Made by a program: the position numbers and the translations under genes
Notes under the pieces: model-generated
Database searches by the model: none
Seen by the model: only the letters and a program-made list of their open reading frames with translations
Told to the model about the DNA's origin: nothing
Part shown: positions 29,601 through 43,500 of the stretch, in pieces
Layout of the letters: the number at the start of each line of letters is the position of its first letter
Numbering within the stretch: the stretch's first letter is position 1
NCBI GenBank assembly: GCA_002269645.1
Contig: NIVC01001422.1
Span: forward strand, 124,001 to 188,000
DNA length: 64,000 nt
Source of the DNA: Macrostomum lignano
Taxonomy: Eukaryota
Reading direction: 5' to 3'

Positions 29601-32600
29601 ACCGCTTACAATGTCACTTGTCGACTTCTCTCCATCTGCGAATTCGAATCTGTTTGCGTTCGATGCCTCAACTGGCCGAGTTTCAGTAAACCAGGCGTTG
29701 GACTATGACTCAAGCTCAACAAGGGGTCCCTTTGTCCTGATGGTAAAAGTAACCGACGCCACACCTCTAACTGCGTCGGGCACTCTGACCATCAGCCTGA
29801 CTGACGTCAACGACAATGATCCACAGTTTGGATCTACTGTGGAGTTCACAAAAACTATAGACGAAAATGTTGGTTCCGCCTTTTTGACCCAAACCATCAC
29901 CTGGACTGATGCTGATTCCGGCTTAAGCGGAATTGCAAACTGCTCGATTGTGGGGCAGTCCACGCCGGCGATTTTCACCATCGACGCGATCAACTGTCAG
30001 CTGAAGACGACTGCCAATCCCGACCGAGAGAACTGCAGCCTGCACAATATCACTATCGCGCTTACCGACATGGGTACCCCGCAGCGCACAACTCAAAGAA
30101 GCTTTTTCATCACGATTGCTGATCAAAACGACAACACTCCAGCTTTTGCTTCGGCCTCTTTTGCCGCCTCTGTAGCGGAGGAGTCAGCGCCGTCTACCAC
30201 TGTTGGCACCTATGCTGCAACCGATGCAGACGCCGGTGTAAACGCCCAGCTAACGTACTCCCTCACGTCTCAGGACGGCATTTCGGACGCGTCTAAGTTT
30301 ACAGTATCTAGTGCCGGGGCTGTGACAACGGCGGCCACGCTCGACCGCGAACAGTTCGGCGTCTATCGCCTGTTGCTGCTTGCAAAAGATGGCGGGTCGC
30401 CACCACGCACGGGTACCACAACCCTTGTAATCACCGTTAATGATATCAACGACCACACGCCGTTGGTAAGACTTTTAAGTAGTACTCGTATATTTAAAAA
30501 ATAACTGAATCTTTCGTTTGATCCTAATTAATTTTAAATGTATTGGACTGCTTAAAAAACGAATTTACTTACAACTCCTTCTATTGCAGTTCTCAGGCCT
30601 ACCCGACACGGTGAAACTGGTGGAGAACTCCACGGCGGGCACGCTAGTGTACACCATCGCCGCTACTGACCGAGACTCAACCTATGGCGCACTCACGTAC
30701 AGCATCATTGACGGCAATAATAGCACCGCGTTCGCTATCGATGCCAGCACTGGCCAAGTGACCGTGGCCTCGCCTGTAACTCTCAATCGGGAGGCCATAC
30801 CAGTTTACCAGCTTGTGGTGCAGGTTCAGGACAACGGTTCGCCAGCTAAATCGGCCACGTCAACTCTCACCGTGTCCGTGATGGATGTCAACGAGTTTGC
30901 ACCTAGTTTTGCGTCCCCGACTGTTAGTTTCTCGGTAAGACGATTTATTGCCTTCATTCCTGTGTAGTACACGTCTCAAAAAGACTCAACTTGACTATTT
31001 TCTTTTTCCTATCGTTCAGATTGCCGAAAACTCCCCGGTGGGCAGCACTCTAGGAACTGTAACTGCCACAGACAGTGACGGCCCGAGCCAGACAGTAAGC
31101 TATGCTGTTGCTGCCACTTTAGTGGGCACGGCCGGCCACTTTAGCGTCAACAGCGTCACTGGAGTGGTATACGTCAATCAGGCGGCTCTCGACCGAGAGA
31201 CTCTGGCAACCTACGTGCTGCAAATTGCCGCCTACGACAATGGAGTTCCTTCTCTGACGTCTTCTCCGCTGTTGAATGTAACCATCTCTATCACGGACAC
31301 CAACGACAACGATCCCGTCTTCAGTGCAGCCTACTACAACGCCTCAGTTAGTGAGAGTCTAGCTATTGGCTCGGTGGTGCTGACCGTGTCAGCGACGGAT
31401 CAAGACGCCGGCAGCAACGCTGCGTTGACCTACTCGCTGCATTCGTCAGCAACGACAGCGAGTACATTTTTCTCGATCAATTCTGCCACAGGACAGCTAA
31501 GCACTATTGCAGCTCTGGACTACGAGACTAACACGGACTTTCTGTAAGCCAGTGCACATCTTTGTTACTCTACTTTGTTTTGAGTTAATTCCAATACATA
31601 ATCCAACAGTACCATGCACTAAAAACCGTAACAACCGAATTGAATCACGCAGCTTCACCGTCATGGTCAAAGACGCTGGAACGTCGCCTCAGCGCAGCTC
31701 CACAGCCAGCGTCTGGGTGTCTCTGAACAACGTGAACGAGCACCGGCCAGTGTTTGCCTCGACATTCTACAACTGCGAGGTGCCGTACAACGACGATACG
31801 CGAGCGATTCTGGCGACGCTGACCGCCACAGACGCCGACGCGGGGACTTTCGGTACGATAACGTCGTACAGTTGGAATAGTACAAACATCTACTTGTACC
31901 TGGGCGCAACTAGCGGTCAAGTGATTCGAAACTCCGATCAAGTCATGGAGCGCAACAAAAAGTACATCCAGTACGCGATGGCCACCGACGGCGGAGGCCT
32001 GGTGTCTACGCAAAATGCCACAGTTCGCTGCGACTCCTTCCCGCCTGAGGACTACGTGGTGCTAATCTACACAGAGTTGTCAGAGAGCAGCTTCAACATG
32101 ATGCTGACTAGCCTCACTGCCAGCCTGAACTCCACCCTGCAGGATGTCCACCCGGGCAGCTCAGTGAGGTTCTGGAAAAAGCAGAAGTCTGGAATCTACT
32201 GGGTTGGATACTTCTATGCTCTAAGCAGCCTTAGCACTGATAGCATCTCCAATATTGGCCAGGACAAAGAATTCCTGACCAAGTCTCAACTGTTGGACAA
32301 GTGGCGACTTAAGTCAGACGGGACACCTACCAGCGTCCTCACGAGCAGCAGCTTCAGCAACTACCGGGTCAACAAAGTGGAGCCGTATCCAGACTCCGAC
32401 AGTGACGCGTCAACAAACTGGTTGGATACGTGGTGGGGCAAACTCTGCCTGGCTCTGGGGGCCGCCGCCGGCGTTGCTTTGATTGGCGCCCTTGTCTACG
32501 GCTTGGTTAACGCATGCGGCGGCGCCGGGGCTGGCGCGTCTGCCGCTGCGCCGACGGCTGCAGCAGCCGGCCAGACCACGGTAGCTCCGGCGGCTGGAGT

Positions 32601-32871
32601 CGGAGGCGGCAAAGCAACCAGTCAGCTGGCCCGGCAGCCCATGAACCAGCGGCACCTCCTGCCCAATTCGCAGCAGCAGCCGAAGCCGCCGCAACGATTC
32701 CAAGACACGCCGAGGCCGGACTTTAACGACAAGCAACAACAACAGCAGCAGCAGCAGCAGCAGACGCAGAACAACTCCAATAACAGGCAGAATCAGAACC
32801 AATCCAGGCAGAGTAACAACGATTCTGGCCGGGGCAGCGCCGCATCCGACGTTGTGATCTTTGAGCTTTGA
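20646..32871 (+). CDS. Giant non-classical cadherin (about 25 EC repeats, membrane-adjacent domain, one TM, short Q/N-rich tail; CDH23/PCDH15/Cad87A-like architecture)
   Basis: 14 GT-AG exons: 20646-20745, 21399-21785, 21862-22572, 23111-23824, 24445-24889, 24980-25305, 25386-25967, 26070-26505, 26756-27788, 28012-29233, 29324-30465, 30590-30934, 31020-31543, 31653-32871. They total 9186 nt (3061 aa plus stop) and are phase-consistent. Signal peptide, repeated DxD, LDRE/LDYE and DxND(N)xP motifs, TM LCLALGAAAGVALIGALVYGLV, C-terminus VIFEL. Confidence 0.93.
23879..24090 (+). repeat. 19-bp tandem array (AGRGGTTGTAGCCTAGTGA) identical to the 5' end of the adjacent SINE
   Basis: About 11 copies run directly into the SINE head GTAGCCTAGTGG. 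Confidence 0.9.
24072..24359 (+). mobile_element. tRNA-derived CORE-like SINE, family A (copy 1)
   Basis: A-box TAGCCTAGTGG, B-box GGTTCGATTCC, CORE-like GTGTCCTTGAGCAAGACACTTAAC...CAGCTGTAAAATGGG. Two further copies occur in this window. Confidence 0.88.
26535..26660 (+). mobile_element. Headless fragment related to the body of SINE family B
   Basis: Shares CCGCTGTACAC(T)CCTGTRTGAG...GTGCCTG...GCTCAGG..GT.RGCGGAATG.GCAG with 2630-2716. Confidence 0.55.
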
Positions 32872-33981
32872 ACTGCTGCCGCCAGGACTGACGAGGACAC
32901 TCATAGAGCCCATAAAACTTGAGACTGCCACCTTGCTGTAGCAGCTGTAGCATCCATGGATAATAAAAACCTAGATTGGCCACCAATTGACAAAAAATTC
33001 CCATAACTATGGTTGAGGAAATAGCTGTAATCACAAGAGTATTTTATCTGAGACTCTCTGCAAGAAAATATTAACGATACTATTCACAACGCACTACTAA
33101 CATAAAAATTGCGCATTAAACTTATCAAATGGTCAATATAGGCTTTCTATTATCTATTAATCAGTTGAAATTTTCCAAAAGAGCTTCACCTCTTCATTGT
33201 TCGTCATTTTAAAGATATTTTATACTGAAATTTTTGTTAAATTTATTCCAAGGATATACGTATTCAAGTGAGCACACTTGAACTTAATAGCTTTACCCCG
33301 ATAATTATAGCACCTTAAATGCCCGGTCCAAAAACCCTTCAACTGACTTATTTTTTGGTAGTTTAGCGGACAGAAGCCTTATTTGTTGAAATGTATACTT
33401 ATTCTAAGTAGTATGAAATGTGTATATACTAATCACTTCCTGCTTTGAGTTTGTTTTAATCATTTCGCTCGCATTTTCAATAGATCTCTATTTCTATTTT
33501 TAAATTGACGCGATTTTAGTTCGCTCGAATTAAAACAAATGTTTCTCTTTAAAAAACGGAATTTTACAGAAATAAAGCCAATTAGTTTCTACTTTTGTAC
33601 CGATCGCACTCATTATTATTGCTAGGATTTTGTTTTATTTCATAATTTACACTTCCTAAAAAGCTGCCAAAATGTTAGGTCAAAAGTTAGGCACGCAAGA
33701 AAGCAGTTTCATGGACGGTAAAATGTAATCAATGCAATTTACAGATGGCTGTTGGAATATTCGAGCACTTGTTAATACAAGTATTGAGCTAAAAATTAAA
33801 ATCACTTGGACAATGCGTAGCTAAAATCAAATTTACAATTTGATAGAAAAGTTGTGGCAGTGCAAATGCACTTTGACACAGGACAGAAAATGTAAAATTT
33901 CAGGTCCGGGGCTCGAGCCCCACCGATTTCATTTGCCTTCCCCTAGTCTGAAGCTAATTACTAGCTGGTTAATAATAATTG

Positions 33982-34268
33982 ACTACACTTGCTCTAATGA
34001 GCAGATATGCTACCGACAGCTCAGCCGCAGCTATTGCGCGGCGCATCTGAAGGCTGCGTACGGCTGTTCAGTCCGAGGACTGGGAGGTCGCCACACACCC
34101 TCAATTACCCCAGCTAATGCTGGCTACCATTTTACAGCTCGGTGAACTGAAGCAATGCAGAGTTAAAGTGTCTTGCTCAAGGACACAAATTGTTCCGAAT
34201 GGGTTTAGAATCGAACCCCCGACCTTTCAGTCGTGAGTCCGACGCTCTGACCACTAGGCTACAACCCC
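33982..34268 (-). mobile_element. CORE-like SINE family A (copy 2, full length)
   Basis: Reverse complement of 24072-24359 with high similarity; (ATT)n-like tail at 33971-33980. Confidence 0.88.
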
Positions 34269-34565
34269 TTAGAGCTTAGATTGGAACTTTTCAGGCTTTT
34301 CAAACACTAAATTACAAAGTACGAGCCGTCCAAGCTGTGTTTCGAATGAACATGGTAACCAGTGATATTATTGTGTTATTATTCGATTCGCATTGCTTGA
34401 GTGGACTTTTACGAGCTTCGTAGCACAGACACACACTTGAAGTTATACTTAATTATTGCAAAGCAACTTTTTTTTAACACAATACAATAAAACACTCGCT
34501 AAATATTCTGCACTTGCTACTCCTCAGTAGGCAATCTCGTGAATTTAAAAAACGAACTTTAAGTC

Positions 34566-36580
34566 CTAGATCTTGCCAACGCCGGCAGCCTTCGCTGCGG
34601 GCGCCGCCTCACGCAGCCACCAGTCGGTGCCGGGCGGCGGAAAAGTCGGATCGGCTGCGCGAACAAAATCGGCCACGGCTGCTAGCAGGGCCCGCGGCCT
34701 GCGGTAGAACATGCAGTTCAGGGCGCAGCCAGACGGATCGCAGCCGGTGAAGGCGTCCACAGCTGATGGATTGCAGGGGCAGAGAGGGGGCACGGTGAGG
34801 CCGAGATGCTGGCAGCGGCTGAGCAGCCACTGCCACTTCTGCGAGTCCCTGACGCTTGTGCAGTCCCGACTGTCAGTCTTGTCGGCGGCTGTGGTGATAT
34901 CGTCCAGCGACGAGCCGGAAGATGTCGAAGAAGCATTGGACGCCTGCACGGCCGGTGAAGGCTTTCGATGCCGCCTGGCGGAGGCACCGTTGGACGATTT
35001 CTGTAGCGGGGTTTGGTGTAGAGCGCTTGCACTGATATAGCCAGTGACCTAATGATGCACTTTACCAGCCAGTTATAGCTGCGGGCACTCTGGCACAACA
35101 CCTTCAGCAACACGAAGACGGCTTAAGTAGGTCGGGAAATCTGGGTTTCTAAGAAAGATTAGCATCACACGAAAAATACACTAACGAGATTTGGGTGATT
35201 TTTTAAGTAGTTCAATAATTTCTATCTGAACATCAACTAGAATTATGAGAATTTCAATAAATTATTGCGTTTTCCGGTAAAACCGGTAAGCCATGATAAA
35301 ACAAAAGTTTACTTTTTGAGTATAGGCAACCATTTCTAAGAAAAAATCGGAGCCAGAAAAAGCTGACTGACCTGCAGGCTCTGCAGGAAAAGCAGTTGGT
35401 TTTTCGGTCGATCCGCATCTCCGTTCGTCGGTTCCTCCTCAGGCTGGTCAGCCGCGATGCCGTTCGGACAGTCCCGACCCGTGGTTGCCAGGGTGAGCAC
35501 AGTGTGAGTCAGCTCAGTCACGCTGGCTATGGTCTCGTCTCCTCCTTCGTCTCCGTTGACTCTGCCGCCGTCGCCATCGCACTCCGGGTCCGAGGCGGTG
35601 GCGTTCGCCGGAACTGCGCAGTCCGCGGCCAGCCGGGCCGCCGCCATCGCCTCGCCCTCCGCTTTGACCCGGCGCGCCCTGGCGCTGGCCTCTCGACGAC
35701 GGCGCCAACGACGCGCCGATTCGCGCTCAGACAGCGCCGACAGGGAGCGCTGGGCGGCGCGCTGGCGTCTCGCTGATTCGGCCGCGGCTGCCGCGTTGGC
35801 GGCGTCGAATTTTGCGGCGGCAACGACGGCCGACGTTGCCAGCGTGGCGGAGCCGCGCCGACCGCCTCCGCTGCCGCCCCTGCCATCGACAGTCGAGGAG
35901 GCGGCGGAGACGGCCAGATGGTCTTGGCCAAGTTGCTGCTGTTGTGGGCTGCCGAAACAATGATTGACATCGACGAAGCTGTTTAACGGACCTGCCAACG
36001 GGCGCCGCAGCGAAGGCTCCGGCTGACGCCTGCCGACCAAGGCGCGTCGAGCAGCGAGGGTCTCCCGGTGGCAGCACTGGCGGAGCGTCTCCCAGTCTAC
36101 AGGAGGAGGCTGCTGCGACCTCGGCGAAGCTGCTGACGATCCCGATGCTGATGCTGCCCGTCTAGCGGAGGCGGCGGCAGCGGAGCCGGCATTGGCGGCT
36201 GCCTGCAGTCGGGCAAGTCGTCGATAGGCGCGAACTCGGGCCGCTTCGCGAGCCTGTGGTGAGCGCAGGTTTTTTTATAAACTATAAATCACAAAGAGCT
36301 CTTTAGTTATTAAGAGAGAAGTAAGAAATCGATCGATCGAGACAATGACAAAATGTACACATAAAAGACCCGATGTCAACAAGGAGGCCCCCCGAGCAGG
36401 CACCGCAGACAGAGGGTGTACAGCGGCCCTGATACAAGCGTAACTGTAAATTCTCACTTGAAACTCCTGCAGCTGCCTCGCCTTCGCATCCGCCAGCCGC
36501 CGCATCCGGGCTGTCTCCAGCTCGGCCGCCTCGCACGCATCCGCTGGCGCTGGAAACTCTTCCTCATCTACAGTTGCCAT
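34566..36580 (-). CDS. CCDC15: Coiled-coil domain-containing protein 15-like (3 exons, 495 aa)
   Basis: Exons 36580-36458, 36253-35372 and 35048-34566, all phase 0. N-terminal KARQLQEFQ and C-terminal LTVPPLCPC...CALNCMFYRRPRA match the CCDC15 signature PPLCxC...CANNCxFY (from recall). Confidence 0.72.
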
Positions 36581-36740
36581 GGAAACTACAGAAAAAACGC
36601 CGTCTTCTTCGCTAAAACCGTCAGCAGAAGGATCGGATGGGCTGCCCCATGATCCAGGCCAGTTCAAGGCTGTGTCATCGAATTCGAATTCGGCAATCAT
36701 TGCTGCAATTGGCAGTCCACAATTTAGTCTAGTTGATAAG

Positions 36741-37499
36741 TTAATCAAAATTTGCTCTGGTATGAAACTTGGAAAATTTAAAGTTGCCAGTCTAATTTTA
36801 TTATGGTGATAGATAGCGACTGAATTTTGTAGAATAAAATATAGAGCTATAATATAAGTATAGCTTAGATTTAGATTAATAAAAATAATACTAATATAAT
36901 CATGACTATAATAATGAAAAGAATGTCTTTAAGTAATGACAAATAATATTATAAACTATATTACCAATATCAATTTATCAGCTTTTTAACTATTTAAAAA
37001 CTTTTATCATGTCAGGATAGTTGCTATTGTGAATAATTATATTATTGGAAACTCAAGGTTTTCTAAAACTTAGTTGCTTTCTAAAAATCTTAGTTTATTG
37101 TAGGATAATGAATAGGTCTATCCCAATAATAATAGTTAGGCCATTAATATATAAAAATTTTAATATTTTATAATAGATTATTACAAAAAATGATAATTTG
37201 ATAACTATAAAGCTATAGTATAAGTAATTTTGTTTATACTTGCATTAGAAGTAGGGATTGAGACTAGAGGCTAATTATAAACTTTGATTAACTCTAGAAG
37301 AATACTGAATAGGCCAAAGTCAACACTTGATAGCCATGCCCAGCTAATACTTTATAATGCTATTCGCTTTAATTAAAATGCAATTAATCAAAATTTGCTC
37401 TGGTATGAAACTTGGAAAATTTAAAGTCGCAAGTCTAATTTTATTATGGTGATAGATAGCGACTGAATTTTGTAGAATAAAATATAGAGCTATAATATA
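36741..37499. repeat. Direct duplication of about 115 bp (36741-36858 and 37384-37499) in an AT-rich tract
   Basis: TTAATCAAAATTTGCTCTGGTATGAAACTTGG...ATATAGAGCTATAATATA occurs twice with few mismatches. Confidence 0.85.
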
Positions 37500-38930
37500 G
37501 CATTTTATACCATTTAGTGAGCTCAGCGGACTATTGACTGCTATGGACTAACTTCTTTTAACTTATTGAGTTGATATTTTAACTCAAAATAATTTAACGC
37601 GGGAAACTAGGATTATATTAGCTGTAATAAAAAGTTAGAGAAATTAATGCAGCATCTTAATCTAAGTAAATTTATTATAGACTATTATACATTGACACTT
37701 ACAGGACTTGTGAAATTTGTGAAATTGAGGCTAAATACTTTCTATGTTCCCGTTCGCACAACTTGGACTTGATGGCATGCATGCAAGGCTCTGTAGTAAA
37801 AAATGCGGCGCTTTAATAAAAGTTAAATTTTAGGGGCCTTTTTTACAAGCAACTTGTACATACAAAGCCAAGAAATTATTTCTAAAATATAACTCAAATT
37901 ATAGAGTTAGCTAACAAATTTACTTGTTATACCGAACATCTGAAGCACTTCAAGCTTTCATTTGTTAAAATGGGAGATTTGTTTCTTCAAAATGACGCAA
38001 TTCAAAGGCCTTATAAGGACCGAGTTTTTACCAAGCTAATTAAGCAAGCTTAGGGTAGAGAAAGTCCTTGAGTTTTTTCTAATTAAGACAATAAAATTCT
38101 TAACATTTTGAGCGAAATAAATTTCATACAAAATGCAGCTTTTCTTACAATCAGAAATTGGAATCAGAAAATCAAAGTACCAATTTCTATGTAGACTTTT
38201 AAAACTCAATTTATGTACATATACATGTATTCGCCCACTGCATCTGTCACTATCAGGGGTTAAATTCATTGTTTGAAGCAGTGTTCCCTGAGATAAATCT
38301 ATAGGATTCTTCATACATTTAAAAAAGCTAACACTCATGCTTCTTCGTACGAGTAATTTAAGGAGTAATTTAATTGTAAAATTTTACAAATATGTTGTAA
38401 CCCTTGAAAATGATTTTGCAACATTTTCACAGATTAGTGCAGTTAAAGAATAACAAACAAACAAGCTATCACTGCTTTATTTCACAGCTGCTGGGTAGCA
38501 ACTAGCAAAAGCTTATCTGACAGGTCTTTTGTCAGAACAAAATGCTTTAGTTATTTACTTTTATTATATAACCACCGGCTTATATAAAAACAGCAAAGAT
38601 TATTACCAGAGTGAATTTCTTATTAACTAACAATGACTATGACACAAAATTGGAGTAGAGAGTTATTTAGGTATTGAATGCTGAAACATCCGATGCCAGA
38701 ATGTTGCTATCAAACTTATTTAAGTTAATCAGTCGCTAAGCCTACGGTTGATAATGCAAACAAACTTGAAGAAAAGAATTACATAATAGTCGTAAGAAGC
38801 TTGACGCACTGTTTATTGATAAGAATTGCAAGCCAACAGTTTTAATAATTCAATCGTAAAACGAAAAAAATGTCAGTAGCACAACACTAAACAGTCGTTC
38901 CACAAGCAAAATGTTGCAGAAAAAAGTCAA

Positions 38931-39892
38931 TTAAACAGCATCAACCACGGCCCACTCTTTGCCGCCCTCGACCTCGGATATCTCCGCCTCATCCGGCTTT
39001 ACAGAGTCCGAGTTGTCGGCCTCGCCGTCGCCAGCCTCAGCGGCGGCCGCTTTTTCCGCCTCGGCAGCGGCCGCTTTGGCCGCCTCGGCAGCCGCAGCCT
39101 CGGCTTCGCGCTGCTTTCTGGCCTCCTCAATGGCGAGGCGTTCGGCTTCGAACAGGTCGACAAACGGCTGCCGGGCCGCGTTCACCGCGTCAAGAGCGTC
39201 GCGCAGCAGCTGGCGGTACTCTGCGTAGCCGCGTCTGGGGGGGGGGTTAAAGTTTAAAGAAAGGACAGTTATGATTTATGATAATTATTATTGATTAAAC
39301 CTATTACACCTGTCTTCATGGTCAGATCTGCGACCGACAGCTCAGCCGCAGCTGTTGCGCGGCGCATCTGAAGGCTGCGCACGGGGGTCGCCAGACCCTC
39401 AAGGACACAAATTACTCCGAGTGGGATTGGGAATCGAACCCGCGACCTTTTACTCGTGAGTCAAATTTCCTGATTTTCAAACAGATAGCATTGACTAAAG
39501 TGCCATTCTATCGCATTTTTCTTCTAAGCTAAGAAGATTACGAAATTATTGTGAAAAGTTTCTGGTTAGTAAAAATACAAAAAGCAAACTATTTGCGTTA
39601 AACTTACGGAGAGTAGTATAGCTGGTACATTTATAACTCTTAAATCGAAATTGATAAAAAGCTTTGCTTGCTCTTCATTGTGCATCAGTTTGTTACATAC
39701 TTTAATTCATAGATTTTTGTTTTCTTTGCAAATTTGTTATTATTTATTTATGCATTGCATAGTAACAGATTAAAAAATTTTGAATCAAGTATCTTACGCT
39801 TTCCGTCACTCACTAAAGTTCTTAACTAACGACAGACGGACAGACAGACGGATGGAGGGACAGACAGACGGACAGGGAGGGAGGGAGGCAAG

Positions 39893-39928
<36 letters not shown>

Positions 39929-40433
39929 TAGGCAAACATGTAGGTACACAGCTCACTTGTGCTCGGCGGTCTCCTGCGTGAGCGTCTCCACCCGCTCCTT
40001 GAGCTCGACAGTCTCAGTCTCGGCCTCGCGCCTCCGATTATCGGCCTCCTCAAGGCCGCTGGCGGCCAGCGGGATCTCGTCCCGGCAGAGCCGCTCCCGG
40101 GCGCTGACGGCAGCCAGGGTGGCCTCGGCCGATCGCAGCAGCCGCAGCCGCAGCCCGGCCTGGCCGCCGCCGCCGTCGGCCGGAACCGGCGGGCAGCCAC
40201 CGGCTCGCTGGAACACGCTGGGGCCGGGCGAGAGTCGCCGCTCTCCTGGGCGGCCGATTCGGCGGTGTAGCCAGCGTCGGCTTCGGCTGCGGTGACGGCC
40301 CGGTCAGTTAGGCGGCGGTAGCGCAAGGAGCTGGCGCCCTCCGTGCCGGAGGCCTGCAGTGTTGAGGAATTCCATGTTCGGGGCTGTGATAACAAGAGGA
40401 CTACTACTACTACTACTACTACTTCTACTACTG

Positions 40434-40474
<41 letters not shown>

Positions 40475-40532
40475 GCTACTACTACTACTACTACCACTAC
40501 TACTACTACTACTACTGCTACTACTACTACTA

Positions 40533-40575
<43 letters not shown>

Positions 40576-43500
40576 CACTACTACTACTACTACCACTACT
40601 ACTACCACTACTACTATATCTACTACTTGTACTACCCAGCTCACCATATCAACCCAGCGCCGGATCTGGGAGCGGCTGTGCAGCAGCCCCAAAGACAGCA
40701 CCAGCTCTTCGATGTCGCGCGAGGCCAGCTGGCCGGTTCGATCCCGGTCGAAGAACTCGCAGGCCTGCAGCAGGGCCGGACGAATCGTCCGGGTGAGCCC
40801 GGTTGCGGCTTCGTCGGCGCCCGCATCGGCGGCAGCGGAGGAGTCCAGACGCGGTCGCTTCCGCTGCGTCTCGCTGCCATCGTCGGCGGAGGTTGCGGCG
40901 CCCGTTCTGGATGTACCGATAATCCAAAATCTCAAATCGATAATCCCAGATTACAAACTGAATCTCACATCTCAAACCGATAACTCCACATCCCAAACCT
41001 ATAATCCCTCATCTCAAACTGATAATCCCACATCCCTAACCGATAATCCCTCATCTCAAACTGATAATCCCACATCCCTAACCGATAATCCCAAATCCAA
41101 AACCGATAATCCCACATCCCTAACCGATAATTTCAAATCTCCAACCGATAATCCCACATCCCTAACCGATAAACCCAAAATCCGAAACCGATAATCTTAC
41201 ATTCCAAACCGATAATCCCACATTCCAAACCGATAATCCAGCATTCCAAACCGATAATTTCACATCTCAAACCGATAATCCCACATCTCTAACCGATAAT
41301 CAAACATCTCTAACCGATAATCCCACATTCCAAACCGATTATCCCGCATCCCTAACCGATAATTTAAAATCTCAAAGCGAGAATCCCACATTCCAAACCG
41401 ATAATCCAAAATCTCAAACTGATAACTCCCCATTCTAAACCGATAATCTCACATTCGAAACCGATGATCCCAGTTTGAAAATATGTACAAACCGATTAAC
41501 CTATTAATATTTTAAAGAGCTATATAGCACTTCCTAAATCCCACAGTCAACTCTACTCAAATCTACACCCAGCATGCAGAACGCACGTTCCAGCCTCGCC
41601 CTCGTTCTGCTCGCAGTCGGCCAAGGCGGTGCAGATGTTGTAGGCGCAGTCGCGGACCAGCATCTCGTGAAACTGCTCGCAGAACAGAGCCACCTCGAAA
41701 GCGGACTCGCGGCCGCCGGAATCCAGTCGGTTGGAGAGCAGCTGGCTGAGGCTGGCCGACTCCAGGCGAAGCCGGCCGCCCTTGGCTGTCCGGCTGGGCC
41801 AGGCGGGCAGGGCGGGCGTGTCGGGCAGCCGGTGATGGCGCCGGATTCGATCCTGCTCGCGATCCGACAGCGGCGACACGCGGGGCTTCTCTCTGGGTAG
41901 TGTAAGATAACGAAGCCGATTGATCAAAAGTTCCTTGCAAAAATATCCAGCAAAAAACCAATTAAAGCATTCTTATCCATGCAGCCTCAGCCAGCTTCTA
42001 TAGTGTATCAAAAAGGAGAAAAGCGCCAGAAAATGTGGCAACTGTTGCTGTGCTCAGGGAGCTGAACAAGAAGCACCAGCGACTAAGGGCGCGCTCAAAG
42101 TCACTGACAGAAATTGTGAAAGTGCTGTAGGCAAAGAATATTGTGGATGAAGCTGCAGCATCCCATCTGCAGTTTCTGTCATCAAATTCATTGTTGAGCT
42201 GTCTAGTGCCAACTAAAAACAAGAGGATAAAAAATTTCCTCCTGAAGTTCGGCGATTTGCTTCCACGTTGCACTATTACAGTCCTAAGGCATACAAATAC
42301 GTGAGAAAGTTTTTCCAGCTTCCATGCATCCATCTTCTTTACGGAAATGGAGCTCAAGTGTGTACGATGCCTTCCAGGATTCTGCGTCCAAGCATTCCAA
42401 GAACTATACGTATTCTGCTGAACACCGAAACGATTATTCGCCGCTCCAGCTTTGATAGCTGCTTTTCAAGCCCAATCGCTGTTCAAGAGACTTTGAATTT
42501 GAATTTCACTTTGAATTTCAACCGCTATTCTGTGAATTGGATTCGCATTCAGCAGCTGTAGCACAGGTATTGAGTCAAGAAAGTTATGAGCATTTTTTAC
42601 ATCAGAATTCGCATGAAGAAAATTGCGAAAGACATGTCGCACTTATTAAGAAAGGCAGGAAGGAGACAGAAGCTGCTGCGCACAGCAATTTTTCTTAATC
42701 TGAAAGCTGGGACTTCGAAGGACATTTCGGGGTAATTTAATTTAATTTCATTACTTTTATGTATTTGGTTTTCGTGGCGTTTTATGTAAAAAAGAAGGAA
42801 AAAATGTATCTCAATTGCATGTGTCCAATAGGAGCACAATGGAAAAGAGGCCCGCTCTGTACCACATATCGATCGAGCTGGGGTGGGTGAGAGGGACCAG
42901 TTTCTTATGGGGGAAAATGGCCCACTTTTTTCTTCACTTTACTGGTCTATATTCTATATGGTCTGTGGCCGCGCCCTAGAAACCGAAGATCCTTACCCGG
43001 ATTCTTTAGCGTCGTCGTTTTCGGATGTTTCAGCAGCGGCATCTCCAGGCTTCTCTGGGTCGGCCTCCTTTGCCTCGGCCTCCTCCCGTAGGACTTCCTC
43101 CAGCCTAGCAACTAGCTGGGCCTTGAGTCCGCGAGAATCTCGACCTCGCGACTCCAGTTCGCGCCTCAGATCGGCAACTTTCATAGCCTGCAGATTGGAC
43201 AGCTGGCTAGCGCTGCCAGCAGCTGACGTGTCGGCTTCGGAATCTTCAGCTGTTGCAGCTGTCGCCGAGGCATCTGCGGATTCGGACTGTGGGGGGAGGT
43301 AACGTGTAGTACGGTGAAACACTATTATGTGTACTATCGACATTCGAGTGCTACACCACCTGGTACACTGGTAGCTACACCACCTGGTACACTGGTAGCT
43401 AAACCATCTGGTACACTGGTAGCTACACCACCTGGTACACTGGTAGCTACACCACATTGTACACTGGTAGCTAAACCACCTGGTACACTGGTAGCTACAC

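Noticed and set aside
36860-37720. Mitochondrial insertion (numt) in the AT-rich tract
   Set aside because: No recognisable mitochondrial protein, rRNA or tRNA motif in any frame.
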